In this document: piece after piece, positions 1 through 10,100 of the stretch
Layout: every line of letters begins with the position of its first letter
How positions within the stretch are numbered: position 1 is the first letter of the stretch
NCBI GenBank assembly: GCA_035627655.1
Contig: DASPLI010000001.1
Coordinates: 398,217 to 462,216, forward strand
Length of the DNA: 64,000 bases
Reading direction: 5' to 3'
Source of the DNA: Minisyncoccota bacterium
GTDB taxonomy: Bacteria > Patescibacteriota > Minisyncoccia > Phycocordibacterales > Phycocordibacteraceae
Notes under the pieces: model-generated
The model's input: the letters and a program-made list of their open reading frames with translations, nothing else
Told to the model about the DNA's origin: nothing
Database searches by the model: none
Program-made: the position numbers and the translations under genes

Positions 1-893
1 ATCGCCTTGATCACTTTGGCGTCTTCCGTTCGATCGTCATCCTCATCCTCGCGACTGGCGTAGATGGCCTCGATATCGAGGCCTCTCTCAACGCGCAGCA
101 GCCGGTTGTTGGTGTTGGTGAGAAAGCCTTTGAGCGTCCGGTAGTCGTCGCGCGCGCTCCGCAGGCTGCCGCCGATACCGTACCCGCTTGCGCCGGTACG
201 GACCGAAATTAGCATGCGAAGCTCGTCGATGCCGAGCGCCCGATCGATCGCTTCTTTTGCGATGGTGATCTGCAGCTTCGGGTCCTTGGTGCTTTTGGCG
301 ATATCGATTGCCGCAGTCACTGTCAGTTTTTCGCTGGCCGGACGAGCCGGGTCCATAAGCTGCTTCACCTGGAAGGGGAGCGCATTGAGCTTCAGGTAGT
401 TCTTCACGTGCGATGACGATTTGCGCGCCGTCGCAGCAATTTGATCCACCTTAGCCGAAAACGAAATTGGTTCCTTGATGTCGTTAAACAGTCGCTGATA
501 CGCGGCCGCCTCATCAAGGGGGACCAGATCTTCCCGTTGCAGGTTATGCAGAAGCGCTTTCTTGAAGTGGTGCGCTTCGTCATTCACCATGTCGACCCAC
601 GCAAGCATGATCGGGTCGGTGCCCGTCTGCTCGCCAATGAGGCCGAATGCCCGCCAGCGGCGTTCACCGCCAATGAGCACGAAGACATCGGATTGACGCG
701 AGTGCTTGCAGAGTTTTACCGGTTCTTGCTGACCTTCCGTTCTGATGCTGTGCGCGAGCTCCTCGATCCCTTTCGGATCGAAATAGCGCCGCGGTTGGCC
801 TTCATACGGGATGATCTTGCTGCGCCGAATCGGCAGGGGTTGACCCAACTGTTCGGCTTCCCGGGGCTCGAGTTTTCGAGCGGACTGTCCCAT
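1..893 (-). CDS. ParB/Spo0J-like (ParB N-terminal/sulfiredoxin-type) DNA-binding protein, partial (C-terminus beyond window start)
   Basis: Minus-strand ORF not in the track because it has no stop in the window. ATG at 893 follows AAAGGAGAG. Translation MGQSARKLEPREAEQLGQPLPIRRSKIIPYEGQPRRYFDPKGIEELAHSIRTEGQQEPVKL...VFVLIGGERRWRAFGLIG carries the ParB-box GERRWRA motif. The listed + ORF 441..896 is its antisense shadow. Confidence 0.6.
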   Translation of the reverse strand, partial: MGQSARKLEPREAEQLGQPLPIRRSKIIPYEGQPRRYFDPKGIEELAHSIRTEGQQEPVKLCKHSRQSDVFVLIGGERRWRAFGLIGEQTGTDPIMLAWVDMVNDEAHHFKKALLHNLQREDLVPLDEAAAYQRLFNDIKEPISFSAKVDQIAATARKSSSHVKNYLKLNALPFQVKQLMDPARPASEKLTVTAAIDIAKSTKDPKLQITIAKEAIDRALGIDELRMLISVRTGASGYGIGGSLRSARDDYRTLKGFLTNTNNRLLRVERGLDIEAIYASREDEDDDRTEDAKVIKA

Positions 894-1003
894 TGATCTC
901 TCCTTTCGTTGTTTGGGGCGTCAAGGTACAGCTAGAAAGGATAGTGGCACACTCCTTTCTTCACAGCAACTTCTTGGACTCTGTTTGATATACTAGGGGT
1001 CAT

Positions 1004-1528
1004 ATGCGGCTTGTCGGCCTCCTCATTATTGTGCTCCTCCTCGCGCTTGGGGCAGGGTATCTATTTACGGAAAAGACGAATGCGCCGGTCGTCACGCCGG
1101 AAAACTCCTATGCCAACGATCGGTACGGCATTTCTTTCTCATATCCAACGAACTACACGCTGACCGAAAATCGTACTGATGCTGACGGCGTACAGTACGC
1201 GATCGTGCTCACGCGAAGCGGCGAAACGCTGCCGGTCAACGGCGAAGGACCGACGACGGTCACGATCACGGTCTTTGAAGACGCAACGCTTGATGAGTGG
1301 CTCGAGAGTCCGCGCTCAAACCTCATGCTTGGTAGCGGTGAGACCGAGCCTTCGATGGTCGGCGACATGGCCGCCGTTACGTTCCGCTGGTCAGGACTCT
1401 ATGAGGGAGAAACGACTGCGTTCCAGCACGGCGAGAACGTCATCGCGATTTCCAAAACCTGGATTGCGGAGGACGACGATACGCATGACGTCTACGTCTC
1501 AGTCCTCAACTCGTTTTCCTTTCGCTAA
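1004..1528 (+). CDS. hypothetical membrane-anchored protein (N-terminal TM, extracytoplasmic domain)
   Basis: Listed ORF of 174 aa. N-terminal hydrophobic helix LVGLLIIVLLLALGAGYLF. No recognisable catalytic motif. Confidence 0.45.
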   Translation: MRLVGLLIIVLLLALGAGYLFTEKTNAPVVTPENSYANDRYGISFSYPTNYTLTENRTDADGVQYAIVLTRSGETLPVNGEGPTTVTITVFEDATLDEWLESPRSNLMLGSGETEPSMVGDMAAVTFRWSGLYEGETTAFQHGENVIAISKTWIAEDDDTHDVYVSVLNSFSFR

Positions 1529-1534
1529 CACCCC

Positions 1535-2305
1535 ATGAAGGAACATCACGTCTGGGCGTGGAAAGGAATGGGCGCCACGCTCATGGTGTTTGCGCTTGCC
1601 GTCCTGATCGGCGCATACGTGCTCCATCGTCCAACGCCAGACCGCAGCATCGAGGCGACTGATCTTTTGACGGCGTTCGGAGCAGAACTCAAAGATGTTG
1701 CGCTTCTTGGAAGCCCGGAAACTGTTTCCGCTTCGCTTGCACAAGAGTACGGCGCATACCTTGCGCCCGAGTTGCTTGCTGCGTGGCAGGCGGATCCGTC
1801 GCTTGCGCCGGGACGCTTGACCTCAAGCCCGTGGCCAGACCGCATCGACGTGGTGTCGGTAACGCAAGTGCTTGAAGATCGTGCATACCAGGCGGAGGTA
1901 AACGTGATTGAAGTGGCACATGGTGTTTCGGGCGAAGAAGAGGTGTCTCGCTATCCGGCAAGCGTTCGTATTGAAGAGCGTGCAGGAAAGCTCCTGATTG
2001 CTGAATTTCAGAAGGGTGAATACACCAACCTCCCGGCGCGCATGGTCGTAGAGGGCGAATACATCTGCCTGCCACACCGAAACCAGGAAGGACCGCAGAC
2101 GCTTGAGTGTGCGTTTGGACTTCAGGGAGACGACGGCAGCTACTATGCGCTCAGCTTCATGTTGCTCTCGTCGACTGACTGGACGAGCCTCTCGTCCGGC
2201 AGCCGCATTCGCGTTGAAGGGCCGTATGCACCTGACGACGGCACGTCCCGCTATCCGATAGTGGGAACGATCAGCGTTACAAGCTTGGAATTGCTTGATC
2301 AGTAA
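1535..2305 (+). CDS. hypothetical membrane-anchored protein
   Basis: Listed ORF of 256 aa, 6 nt after the previous gene. N-terminal TM helix GATLMVFALAVLIGAYVL. Confidence 0.45.
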   Translation: MKEHHVWAWKGMGATLMVFALAVLIGAYVLHRPTPDRSIEATDLLTAFGAELKDVALLGSPETVSASLAQEYGAYLAPELLAAWQADPSLAPGRLTSSPWPDRIDVVSVTQVLEDRAYQAEVNVIEVAHGVSGEEEVSRYPASVRIEERAGKLLIAEFQKGEYTNLPARMVVEGEYICLPHRNQEGPQTLECAFGLQGDDGSYYALSFMLLSSTDWTSLSSGSRIRVEGPYAPDDGTSRYPIVGTISVTSLELLDQ

Positions 2306-2329
2306 TTACACCTACTCACTTTCTTATTT

Positions 2330-2749
2330 ATGGAACCAGTCAATATTGCTGCTGTTATTGCTGCCGCAGCCGCCTCATTCGTCATCGGCATGCTGTGGTA
2401 CGGACCGCTGTTTGGAAAGGTGTGGATGAAGATGATGGGCTTCACCGCAGAGAGCATGAAAGCAATGAAGCTCTCGCCTGTGACCGCAATGGTGATCGGC
2501 GCGATCACGACGCTGCTTACCGCATATGTACTTGCGCATGGCATTGTGTTTGGGAACATCGCAACCGGCATGTTTGGCGTTGGGGGCGGACTCACGGGCG
2601 CGTTCTGGTACTGGCTCGGGTTTGCCGTTCCACTGTCTGCCGGCGCGTTTCTATGGGAAGGAAAGAGCTTTAAGCTCTGGGCTTTCAACGCCGCCTACTA
2701 TCTCGTCTCCTTCCTGGTAATGGGAGCGATACTGGGTGCGTGGGCGTAG
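2330..2749 (+). CDS. DUF1761 family membrane protein
   Basis: 139 aa, four predicted TM helices. N-terminus IAAVIAAAAASFVIGMLWYGPLFGKVWMKMMG is typical of DUF1761. Confidence 0.6.
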   Translation: MEPVNIAAVIAAAAASFVIGMLWYGPLFGKVWMKMMGFTAESMKAMKLSPVTAMVIGAITTLLTAYVLAHGIVFGNIATGMFGVGGGLTGAFWYWLGFAVPLSAGAFLWEGKSFKLWAFNAAYYLVSFLVMGAILGAWA

Positions 2750-3347
2750 GAATACTTCGCGGCAGTGTTCGAAACGTAATGGAGTAGCGAAGGGTCTCCA
2801 CCTTCGGAATGGAGTGCTGGTACTTCCAGCGGCTGTCTTTCTGCATGCAATAGGCGGAGCGCGGTTCAAGCGGAAGCGCGATGACGTCTTTCGGGTTTCG
2901 GTAGATGCCTGTCCGCTGTAGAGGTCGCAGCCGCATGCGGCACCAGCCAGCAAGTGAAATGCCGATAATGGAATCAAATGATTCGTTATCGCGGTGCCAG
3001 CCGATTGCAGACCCTGGCTGGTATTCAGTGACGAGCGCTTCAACGACGCGCGCCGGCGGTATATCAAGCCACTTGCCGATCTTTCGCTGCAGCGGCCGGA
3101 GGAACGGCGGCAACGGCGGGCCGGGAATCAGTTTCTCTTTCGCAAAGTCATAGCCCCAGCCAAACCCGATAATACGTCGCTTCGCGACGTATTCGCCAAG
3201 CCGGGAGTGGCTGAAGGGAAGGTCTTCAAAATATCCGAGCAGCTCCGTTTCTTCCTCAGGCGTCAGGAAGTCGGGGCGGTACACAAATCCGTTGGGAAGC
3301 GAAGTTCCCGTATCAAGGAGAGTGAGCTGGCTTCCGGCGCGCGGCAT
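2685..3347 (-). CDS. AlkB-family Fe(II)/2-oxoglutarate-dependent dioxygenase (alkylation repair-like)
   Basis: 220 aa. Contains GWHRD (HxD iron ligands), ALPLEPRSAYCM and ITFRTL as in the AlkB core. A basic, Pro-rich C-terminal tail overlaps the convergent DUF1761 gene by about 65 nt. Confidence 0.6.
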   Translation of the reverse strand: MPRAGSQLTLLDTGTSLPNGFVYRPDFLTPEEETELLGYFEDLPFSHSRLGEYVAKRRIIGFGWGYDFAKEKLIPGPPLPPFLRPLQRKIGKWLDIPPARVVEALVTEYQPGSAIGWHRDNESFDSIIGISLAGWCRMRLRPLQRTGIYRNPKDVIALPLEPRSAYCMQKDSRWKYQHSIPKVETLRYSITFRTLPRSIPTPTHPVSLPLPGRRRDSRRR

Positions 3348-3412
3348 ATAAAGACGCTAGCAAATGGCTATCCCCGCACCCTACACAAGTGTGAGGGTAT
3401 ACTGAGGGGCAT

Positions 3413-3910
3413 ATGACCACCCCGCAAACGAAAAGCATGTACCTGCGTAACTTTGTCTTCGGCGTCGAAGACAGTCTTGTTTCGACCGTCGGTCTTCTTT
3501 CCGGCGTCGCAATTGGCGGCATGGCGCAGAAAGAAATTCTCCTCACTGGTATCGTGCTTATTTTCGTCGAGGCTATCTCCATGGCTGCCGGCTCCTTCCT
3601 GTCCGAATCGTCTGCGGAAGAATATGAAACGCGACAGGACACGAACGGCGGCCGCGGATACCCAAGTGCCGCGATCATGTTCATCTCGTATTTCCTTTCC
3701 GGATTTATTCCGCTTGCGCCGTACGTGTTTCTCCCGATTACACAGGCCTTCCCGACGTCGATCGTGCTTTCGATCATTTCACTTGCACTTCTTGGTATGT
3801 TTGCTGCACGGCTGTCCGGCACGCGTCCGGTTGGCAGCATGATCCGCATGGCGCTCATTGGCGGACTGGCGATCGCGGTTGGTGTGCTTGCTGGCGCACT
3901 GATCGGTTAG
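3413..3910 (+). CDS. VIT1/CCC1 family (DUF125) iron/manganese transporter
   Basis: 165 aa. FGVEDSLVSTVGLLSGVAIGG matches the VIT family signature GxxDGLVSxxxLxxGVAG. Multiple TM helices. Confidence 0.65.
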   Translation: MTTPQTKSMYLRNFVFGVEDSLVSTVGLLSGVAIGGMAQKEILLTGIVLIFVEAISMAAGSFLSESSAEEYETRQDTNGGRGYPSAAIMFISYFLSGFIPLAPYVFLPITQAFPTSIVLSIISLALLGMFAARLSGTRPVGSMIRMALIGGLAIAVGVLAGALIG

Positions 3911-3952
3911 TTCATCCATCAGTCATAGAGAACGTCGTACGCTTTCGTGCAT

Positions 3953-4135
3953 ATGGCACGAAAATACGGACCAGCAGCAAGCAAGAAAGTAGAGAAGGCG
4001 GTGCATGAAATGAAACGCGGCCGCCTCAAAAGCGGGCGAAGCGGCAAGAAAGTCACGAGCCGCAAGCAAGCGGTCGCCATCGGCCTGTCCCAGGCACGCA
4101 AGCGCGGCGCAAAAGTGCCGCGGAAGCGAAGCTAA
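3953..4135 (+). CDS. small basic conserved protein (about 60 aa, Lys/Arg-rich; possible nucleic-acid binding)
   Basis: MARKYGPAASKKVEKAVHEMKRGRLKSGRSGKKVTSRKQAVAIGLSQARKRGAKVPRKRS. No hydrophobic segment. The listed ORF starts 6 nt earlier at 3947 (MHM...). Confidence 0.4.
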   Translation: MARKYGPAASKKVEKAVHEMKRGRLKSGRSGKKVTSRKQAVAIGLSQARKRGAKVPRKRS

Positions 4136-4398
4136 CTTCACTTTTTCTTCAGTGCGTATACGCGAGACTGCGCATGTATGCACGCATCACCACACACCGG
4201 AGATTTTTGTTTGTGCTTGTCGTGCCGCGGAGGCACGGCAGCCGTCAATACATTTGAACGATTTACCAGCGTTTTGCACCAGCGGTCATTTCGAGACACG
4301 GACGGTCGTCTATATAGGGGTCGGGACTCGTTCTCGGCACGTCGATATTATCAACCCTCATTCGGCGCGTTTCCGTTTGGGGCGCGCCCAAAAACGGG

Positions 4399-4872
4399 AT
4401 GACCCTCTCTAAGACACTACTTGTTCTCATTGCCGCATTTACTGTTGCGACTCCGATCGCACTTGCCGAATCGCCTTACAAGTCGTTTGGGACGCCAACG
4501 GTCGCTATCGGTGCGAGCGGCACTGCGCTGGTGCGCGGCGCCATCGTACGCTCCGTCTCCGATACCACGATCGTTGCCCGAACCAGCTGGAGTGGGGCAG
4601 AGCTCGACTGGACCCTTCGTACGGACAGCAACACGGATTTCCTCGCCAAGAACGGAAATGACGAAGAGCTCTCTGATATTGCCGTCGGCGACCTCATCAG
4701 TTTCTCTGGTGATCTAGACGGTAACCTAGTGGTTGACGTAGATACGGTGCGTGAATGGCCAGCCTCCGATGATAGTGTGAATGAGAACAACGACAAGGAT
4801 GCCAAGGATCATGAGCGCGGCCCTTGGCGTCCCTTCCTCAAGTTCTGGGAGCGTATCAGTCTTAACTTCTAA
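4399..4872 (+). CDS. secreted hypothetical protein (signal peptide)
   Basis: 157 aa. N-terminal signal peptide LLVLIAAFTVATPIALAESP. Asp-rich C-terminus. Confidence 0.5.
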   Translation: MTLSKTLLVLIAAFTVATPIALAESPYKSFGTPTVAIGASGTALVRGAIVRSVSDTTIVARTSWSGAELDWTLRTDSNTDFLAKNGNDEELSDIAVGDLISFSGDLDGNLVVDVDTVREWPASDDSVNENNDKDAKDHERGPWRPFLKFWERISLNF

Positions 4873-4890
4873 GCACTCCTAACGCCCCAA

Positions 4891-4922
4891 GAAGTGCCCT
4901 GCCACCCGGCAGGGTGCTTCTT
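4891..4922 (+). terminator. weak intrinsic terminator-like hairpin after the 4399-4872 gene
   Basis: gaagtgccctgcc-accc-ggcagggtgcttc forms a 13-bp stem with two G-U pairs, followed by TT. Confidence 0.3.
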
Positions 4923-4980
4923 ATGCCCTCACCGGCTCTTAACCAAACTCGTAATATAGGTCATAGTAAATCGTTAATAT

Positions 4981-5490
4981 ATGCGGAGCAGCACGGACCA
5001 GGCGGCATTCCTCGAGGCGTACGACCAGTACGCCGATACCATCTTTCGCCTGTGCTACGGCAAGACGGGGAATCGTGAAGAGGCCAAGGATATGGCCCAG
5101 GAGGTGTTTGTCCGTGTCTGGGAGCGGCTCGGGAAGGAGGGTCAGGAAATTGAGAATTTGCGCGCGTTTCTCTTTACGGTCGCACGCAACCTCATCAAGG
5201 ACTACTACAAAAAGAAGAAGCCTATCCTTGAGCGCGACCTTCCCGAAGGGGCCATGGAAGCGATGCCGGTTGAAGGAGATCATGTCCTTCAGAGCGAGAC
5301 GAAGCTCGCCCTGAAAGCTCTCCAAGAACTTTCCGACCCGTATCGCGAAGCGCTCACGCTCCATCTCGTCGAGGGACTGCCGATCGGCGAGATTGCGAAG
5401 CTGCTCGGCGAGCGGCCGAACACCATTTCAGTCCGGGTAAAGCGTGGCATTGAGAAGGTGCGCGTCACGCTCAAAATAGACACACTATGA
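4981..5490 (+). CDS. RNA polymerase sigma-70 family ECF sigma factor
   Basis: 169 aa with a region-2 helix (DMAQEVFVRVWERL) and a region-4 HTH (GLPIGEIAKLLGERPNTISVRVKRG). Overlaps the downstream gene by 4 nt (ATGA). Confidence 0.8.
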   Translation: MRSSTDQAAFLEAYDQYADTIFRLCYGKTGNREEAKDMAQEVFVRVWERLGKEGQEIENLRAFLFTVARNLIKDYYKKKKPILERDLPEGAMEAMPVEGDHVLQSETKLALKALQELSDPYREALTLHLVEGLPIGEIAKLLGERPNTISVRVKRGIEKVRVTLKIDTL

Positions 5491-6629
5491 AAGATATAAA
5501 AAACATTTTCATACAAGCACGCCAGGACCTCGAGCTTACGCCGGAGGAGCGTTCGCATATGCGAAGCGAGATCATGCGTGCCATGCATACGCCGGAAACC
5601 GTGCTCGTCGCCGTTCCGTCGCCGTTTGTCTTTTTGTTCAAGCCAGCATATGCGCTTGCTGCGCTCATGCTAGTGATCGTAGTTGGCGGCGGTTCGGCTG
5701 CGGCTGCAGCAGAAGAAGCGCTCCCGGGAGATACGCTCTACGGCATCAAGCTTGCGGTGAACGAGCGACTTGAACGCGCAGTTGCCGTAACGCCAGAAGC
5801 GCGCGCAACCGTGGAAGTGCGTCAGGCACAGGAACGCTTGCAGGAAGTTGAGCTTCTTGCGGCGGTCGGTGACGTTGAAGAAACGACGCTCGATGAGGCT
5901 GCAGCAAAGGTGGAAGAGCATATTGCGCGCGTCGATGAGGTTGCACAGGAATTGCTTGAAGAGGGGGATGAGACCGCGGCAGATGCGGTGCATGCTAAGC
6001 TCACCGCCGCGCTTGCAACGCACGCAGACATTCTCCATGCGCAGTCTGAAGATGCAGACGAGGATGAGCAGCGAAGCCTGCGCCTTCTGGCGCTTACGGT
6101 TCGCAACGCTGCAGGCCAGGCGCTTGAAGCGCAGGACGAAGCCATTCCGCGTGCTGACCAGGACGAAGAGCGTTCGGAACGGCTTGCGACCGCGCGCAAG
6201 GAAAGCGTTGAGCGCAGCATGGAGAAGCTTGCTGAAGGTTTGCGCGATGACGGCATTGCGCCGGAGAGTCAGGAAGAATTGTCTGCCGAGTATCTTGAGC
6301 TTGAGGGGGAGATGGCAGAAGCGCTCGCATTTTATGAATCAGGCGAGTTCCGCCAGGCGGCAAATGCGTACGAAAAGATTGATGCACGTGCCTCACGCAC
6401 CCTAATCCTCTTCGCGTCTGCCAAGCGCATCGAGGAACATACCGATAAGGAAGTATTGATCACGCTTGAGAAGATAGTGCCGGTTGCTGCAACAGAAGAG
6501 GCAGCACCCATGCTTATGATGGAAGCGGCAACCTTTGATACCCGCATGATGAAGGCTCCAGAGGAAGATGAGCCGGAAATGCGAAGGCAGGAGTTCCGGT
6601 TCCGCGTGAGGGATCGAGACCAAGACTAG
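5487..6629 (+). CDS. putative anti-sigma factor, single TM, long Glu/Ala-rich coiled-coil extracytoplasmic domain
   Basis: 380 aa, translationally coupled to the ECF sigma gene. Short cytoplasmic N-terminus, then TM helix YALAALMLVIVVGGG, then a highly acidic helical domain. Confidence 0.5.
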   Translation: MKDIKNIFIQARQDLELTPEERSHMRSEIMRAMHTPETVLVAVPSPFVFLFKPAYALAALMLVIVVGGGSAAAAAEEALPGDTLYGIKLAVNERLERAVAVTPEARATVEVRQAQERLQEVELLAAVGDVEETTLDEAAAKVEEHIARVDEVAQELLEEGDETAADAVHAKLTAALATHADILHAQSEDADEDEQRSLRLLALTVRNAAGQALEAQDEAIPRADQDEERSERLATARKESVERSMEKLAEGLRDDGIAPESQEELSAEYLELEGEMAEALAFYESGEFRQAANAYEKIDARASRTLILFASAKRIEEHTDKEVLITLEKIVPVAATEEAAPMLMMEAATFDTRMMKAPEEDEPEMRRQEFRFRVRDRDQD

Positions 6630-6636
6630 CAACAAG

Positions 6637-6669
6637 AAACCGCGCCCTTTTGGAAGGGGCGCGGTTTTG
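6637..6669. terminator. bidirectional intrinsic terminator
   Basis: aaaccgcgccc-ttttggaa-ggggcgcggtttt sits between the convergent anti-sigma gene (+) and the 6691-7062 gene (-). Confidence 0.7.
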
Positions 6670-6690
6670 TATTGTTCGCAACGCTCACTC

Positions 6691-7062
6691 CTAGGGAGTG
6701 ATTTGCCGGCTCGACCACAGCAGCACGGACGCTGAGGCGCCGAGCATGAGCGCATAGAGCACGTTCGGCAGAGCCATGCCGCCGACCGGATTGACGAGCA
6801 GTACGCTGCTAAACGCAAGCAGCACCAGTGCCGCGATCCCGAGCGGGATCGCATCGGTGGTGTTGAGCGAGAAGGCGAGCGCGATGAATCCGGTCAGACC
6901 GCCGGCTGCAGCAAGCACGCCGATAGCGTACATGACATGCTCCGGCTCGACGCCGATAGCGAAGAGCCAGTCGAAGGGGCCGATCGGTCCGAAGAATACG
7001 AACACCCCGGTGAGCGCAGCTGCCAAACCAATCACGAAGAGAACAAACTTCAAAAAACCCAT
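6691..7062 (-). CDS. small integral membrane protein (three or four TM helices)
   Basis: 123 aa, entirely hydrophobic helices. Confidence 0.4.
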   Translation of the reverse strand: MGFLKFVLFVIGLAAALTGVFVFFGPIGPFDWLFAIGVEPEHVMYAIGVLAAAGGLTGFIALAFSLNTTDAIPLGIAALVLLAFSSVLLVNPVGGMALPNVLYALMLGASASVLLWSSRQITP

Positions 7063-7142
7063 CTGGATTGCTCCGTCTATGAGTATGACCCCATCCCAAC
7101 ACGGGTGGGCTGGATATAACTATACGATACTAACTATTTCTG

Positions 7143-10100
7143 TCAACTAAGCCGCACGTATCGGTCTTTGACCGCTTTCCCAGGATGACGGTAGTAGAGG
7201 ACAGGGATAAGGATGAGGGTGAGCACCATAGACCAGGCAAGGCCGAACATGATGGCGAAGGCCAGGGGACCCCAGATTTCAGAGGCAAACGAGAGCGGGA
7301 TCATACCAACGACGGTTGTGATGGTGGTGAGGACAATCGGACGGAAGCGCGAGGAAGCTGCTTCGATCACTACTTCTTCAAGCGAATGGTCCGGCTGTTC
7401 GCGTCCAATACGCGCGATCGAGTCCATGAGAATGATCGCGTGGTTGATGATGACGCCGGCAAGCGCGATCACGCCGAGCATCGACGGGAATGAGAGCGGA
7501 GCGCCGGTAATCATCAGGCCGACAAGCACGCCGATAAGGGAAAGCGGAATGATGGAAAGCAGGTAGAACGAGTGGCGGAACGAGTTGAACTCAAGCACGA
7601 GAATACAAAGCATGAGCGCTGCACCTGCAAGCAGGGCAATACCCATTTCCGCAAATGATTTATTGACGTCCTCGCTCTCGCCGCCCACTTTGAGAGCAAC
7701 GCCTTCTGGGAGTCCGGCTTCGCGGACGCGCGTCTGGAGATCCGCAGAAATCTGCAGCGCGTTTGCGCCTGCTGCCACGTCGCTTGAGACGGTCGCGATG
7801 CGCTCGCCGTCTTCGTGGCGGATAACGCTCGCTGCCGGCTCATACGTGATCGTTGCGATAGAGGACAGCGGCACGAATCCGCGAGTGCCCGGGATAAGGA
7901 GCGCACGCACCGCATCAATCGTTGCGTGTGTCGTTTGCGACGGATCAGCGTAGGCGGCATTGAGATCAAGCTTCGTGCGAATCTCAATGTCCTGCTCTCC
8001 GGAGCGAATTGAGGCAGCCTTGGTGCTATAAAGTGCGCCGCGCAATATTTCAGACACGCTTGCCGGTGAGACGCCAAGCGATGCAGCCTTTGCGCGGTCA
8101 AGCGTCACGACAAATTCCGGCGCGTCGTTTCGCGTCGAGGTGGTGACGTTTACCGCTCCTGGCATGTCCGCGAGAATACGCGCTGCCCCTTCTGCCGCTT
8201 CGGTAAGCGATGCCATATCTTCGCCGCTAAAGGTAAGCGAGATTGGCGTACCAGACGGCGGGCCACCTGCGGGTTCTGAGACGCGAAGCGTTGCTGAGGT
8301 GATATCGGCAAGGCGTTCGCGCAACTGTGCAACCACTTCCGAGCTTGGCTTATGGTCATCGGCGAGGTTCACGGTGATGTTTGCCGTCTTGCTGCCGCTA
8401 CCGCCCGAGGCGCCGAAGTAGCTTGCTGCGCCGACTTCAGATACGAAGGAGGCAATCTGCGGATCTCCATAAAGGCGCTCTTCAATCTCACGCACAGCAA
8501 GGTCGGTCGCTTCAAGCGTGGATCCCTGCTGCTTTTCTATATCGATATAGATAAAATCGGAATTTTCACCCGGGAAGAAGATCGTTTTCACTGCGCCGGT
8601 TGCCGGGAGAATGATTGCAAGCACGAAGAGACCTACCATGCTCCAGATGAAGCGGTTGGCTTTCTTTGGATTGTCCAAGAGGTCCTTGAGGAATCGCTCG
8701 TACCAAGCACGTGCCTTGCGGTTGTATTCCTCCTGCAGGTGCTGGGTTTTGGAGTGCGACGGGCGGATGATGTACATCGCAAATAGCGGCACGAGACCAA
8801 GCGCGACGAAGATGGAGGCAAGCAACACGAAAATAACCGTAAACGGAATAGATGCGACGAACTTGCCGACAATGCCGGAGAGGAAGAAGAGCGGGACGAA
8901 TACCGCGATTGTGGTGAAGGTGCCGGCAGTCAGCGGCGTTGCGTACTCGCGAATGGCGTTGATGGCCGCAGCGCGCTTGTCGCCGGTTGCGATAAAGCGG
9001 GTATGGATCGCCTCAACAACTACGATGCCGGTATCCACCAAGATGCCGATTGCGAGAATCAGGGAGAAGAGGGAAATGAAGTTGATGGTATTGCCGGAGG
9101 CATAGATGCCCATGAAGGCAATAAGGAACGAGAGCGGAATGGAAATTGCTGCGGCGATTGATTCGCGCCAGCCGATCGTTGCGATGAGCATCAGCATCAC
9201 GAGCGCAACCGTCTCAAAGCCAACGCGCGAGAGCTCGGTGAGATCATGCTCGACGTACTCCGCCGCGTCGTAGGAGATTACCGTCTGCGTACCGGCAAGA
9301 ACGGAGGACTCCAGTTCCTTGAGCTTTTCTTTTACCGCGTTGCCTGTATCGACCACATTGCCGCCGCGGCTCTTGAAGACGGAAAGGGTGAGGGCTGGCT
9401 GTGAGGGTGCGCCATTTACGGAGACGCGCGAGAAGCTGGTCGGATCTGAGAGGCCATCTACCACGTCTGCAACATCGCCGACGCGAATCGGGGTGCCGTT
9501 TGGTCCGGCAATCGGAACGTTGCGGACGTCATCGGTGTCCGTGATACCGGCATCAAGGCGAACGGCGTACGTAATGTCGTCAACGACGATCGTGCCAGCC
9601 GGGCTTCCCGTTCCCGCGCTCATAAGGGCGCGCGTTACGTCTCCAAGCGAAAGGCCATACTGACGCAGGCGCTCCTGGCGTACGATGACCTGCACTTGGC
9701 GATCGCGAACGCCCGAGAGGCGCACTTCGGAAATTCCGGCGAGCCGTTCGATCTCGTCTTTCACCTCAATGCCGACCGCAGTCAGCTCCGCAGGAGAGAA
9801 GTCGCCTGAAATAGAAGCGATCATGATCGGCTGATCTGCAAAGTTCACGTCAGTCACGATCGGGTCTTCCGCATCTTCCGGCAGCTCGCCCTGCACCTTC
9901 TCAACTTCGTCCTTCAAGAGCTGGATGGACGCTTCGATATCTGCGGAAGCGGAAAATTCTACTGAAATAGAGGACACGCCCTCGCCGGACGTCGAAGTCA
10001 CTTTCGATACGTTTTCAACGCCAAGAATGCGGTCCTCGATCTTGTCGGTCACTAGGCGTTCAACGTCCTCGCTTGAAGCGCCCGGGAGAATCGTTGTGAC

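Noticed and set aside
441-896. Listed + strand ORF of 151 aa
   Set aside because: It is the antisense shadow of the ParB-like gene on the minus strand. Its amino-acid composition is non-protein-like and it has no RBS.
3348-3412. Short palindrome CACAAGTGTG with flanking CCCT/AGGG and a TATACT box between alkB-like and the VIT transporter gene
   Set aside because: Too short and imperfect to call an operator with confidence. Noted only as a possible metal-regulator site.
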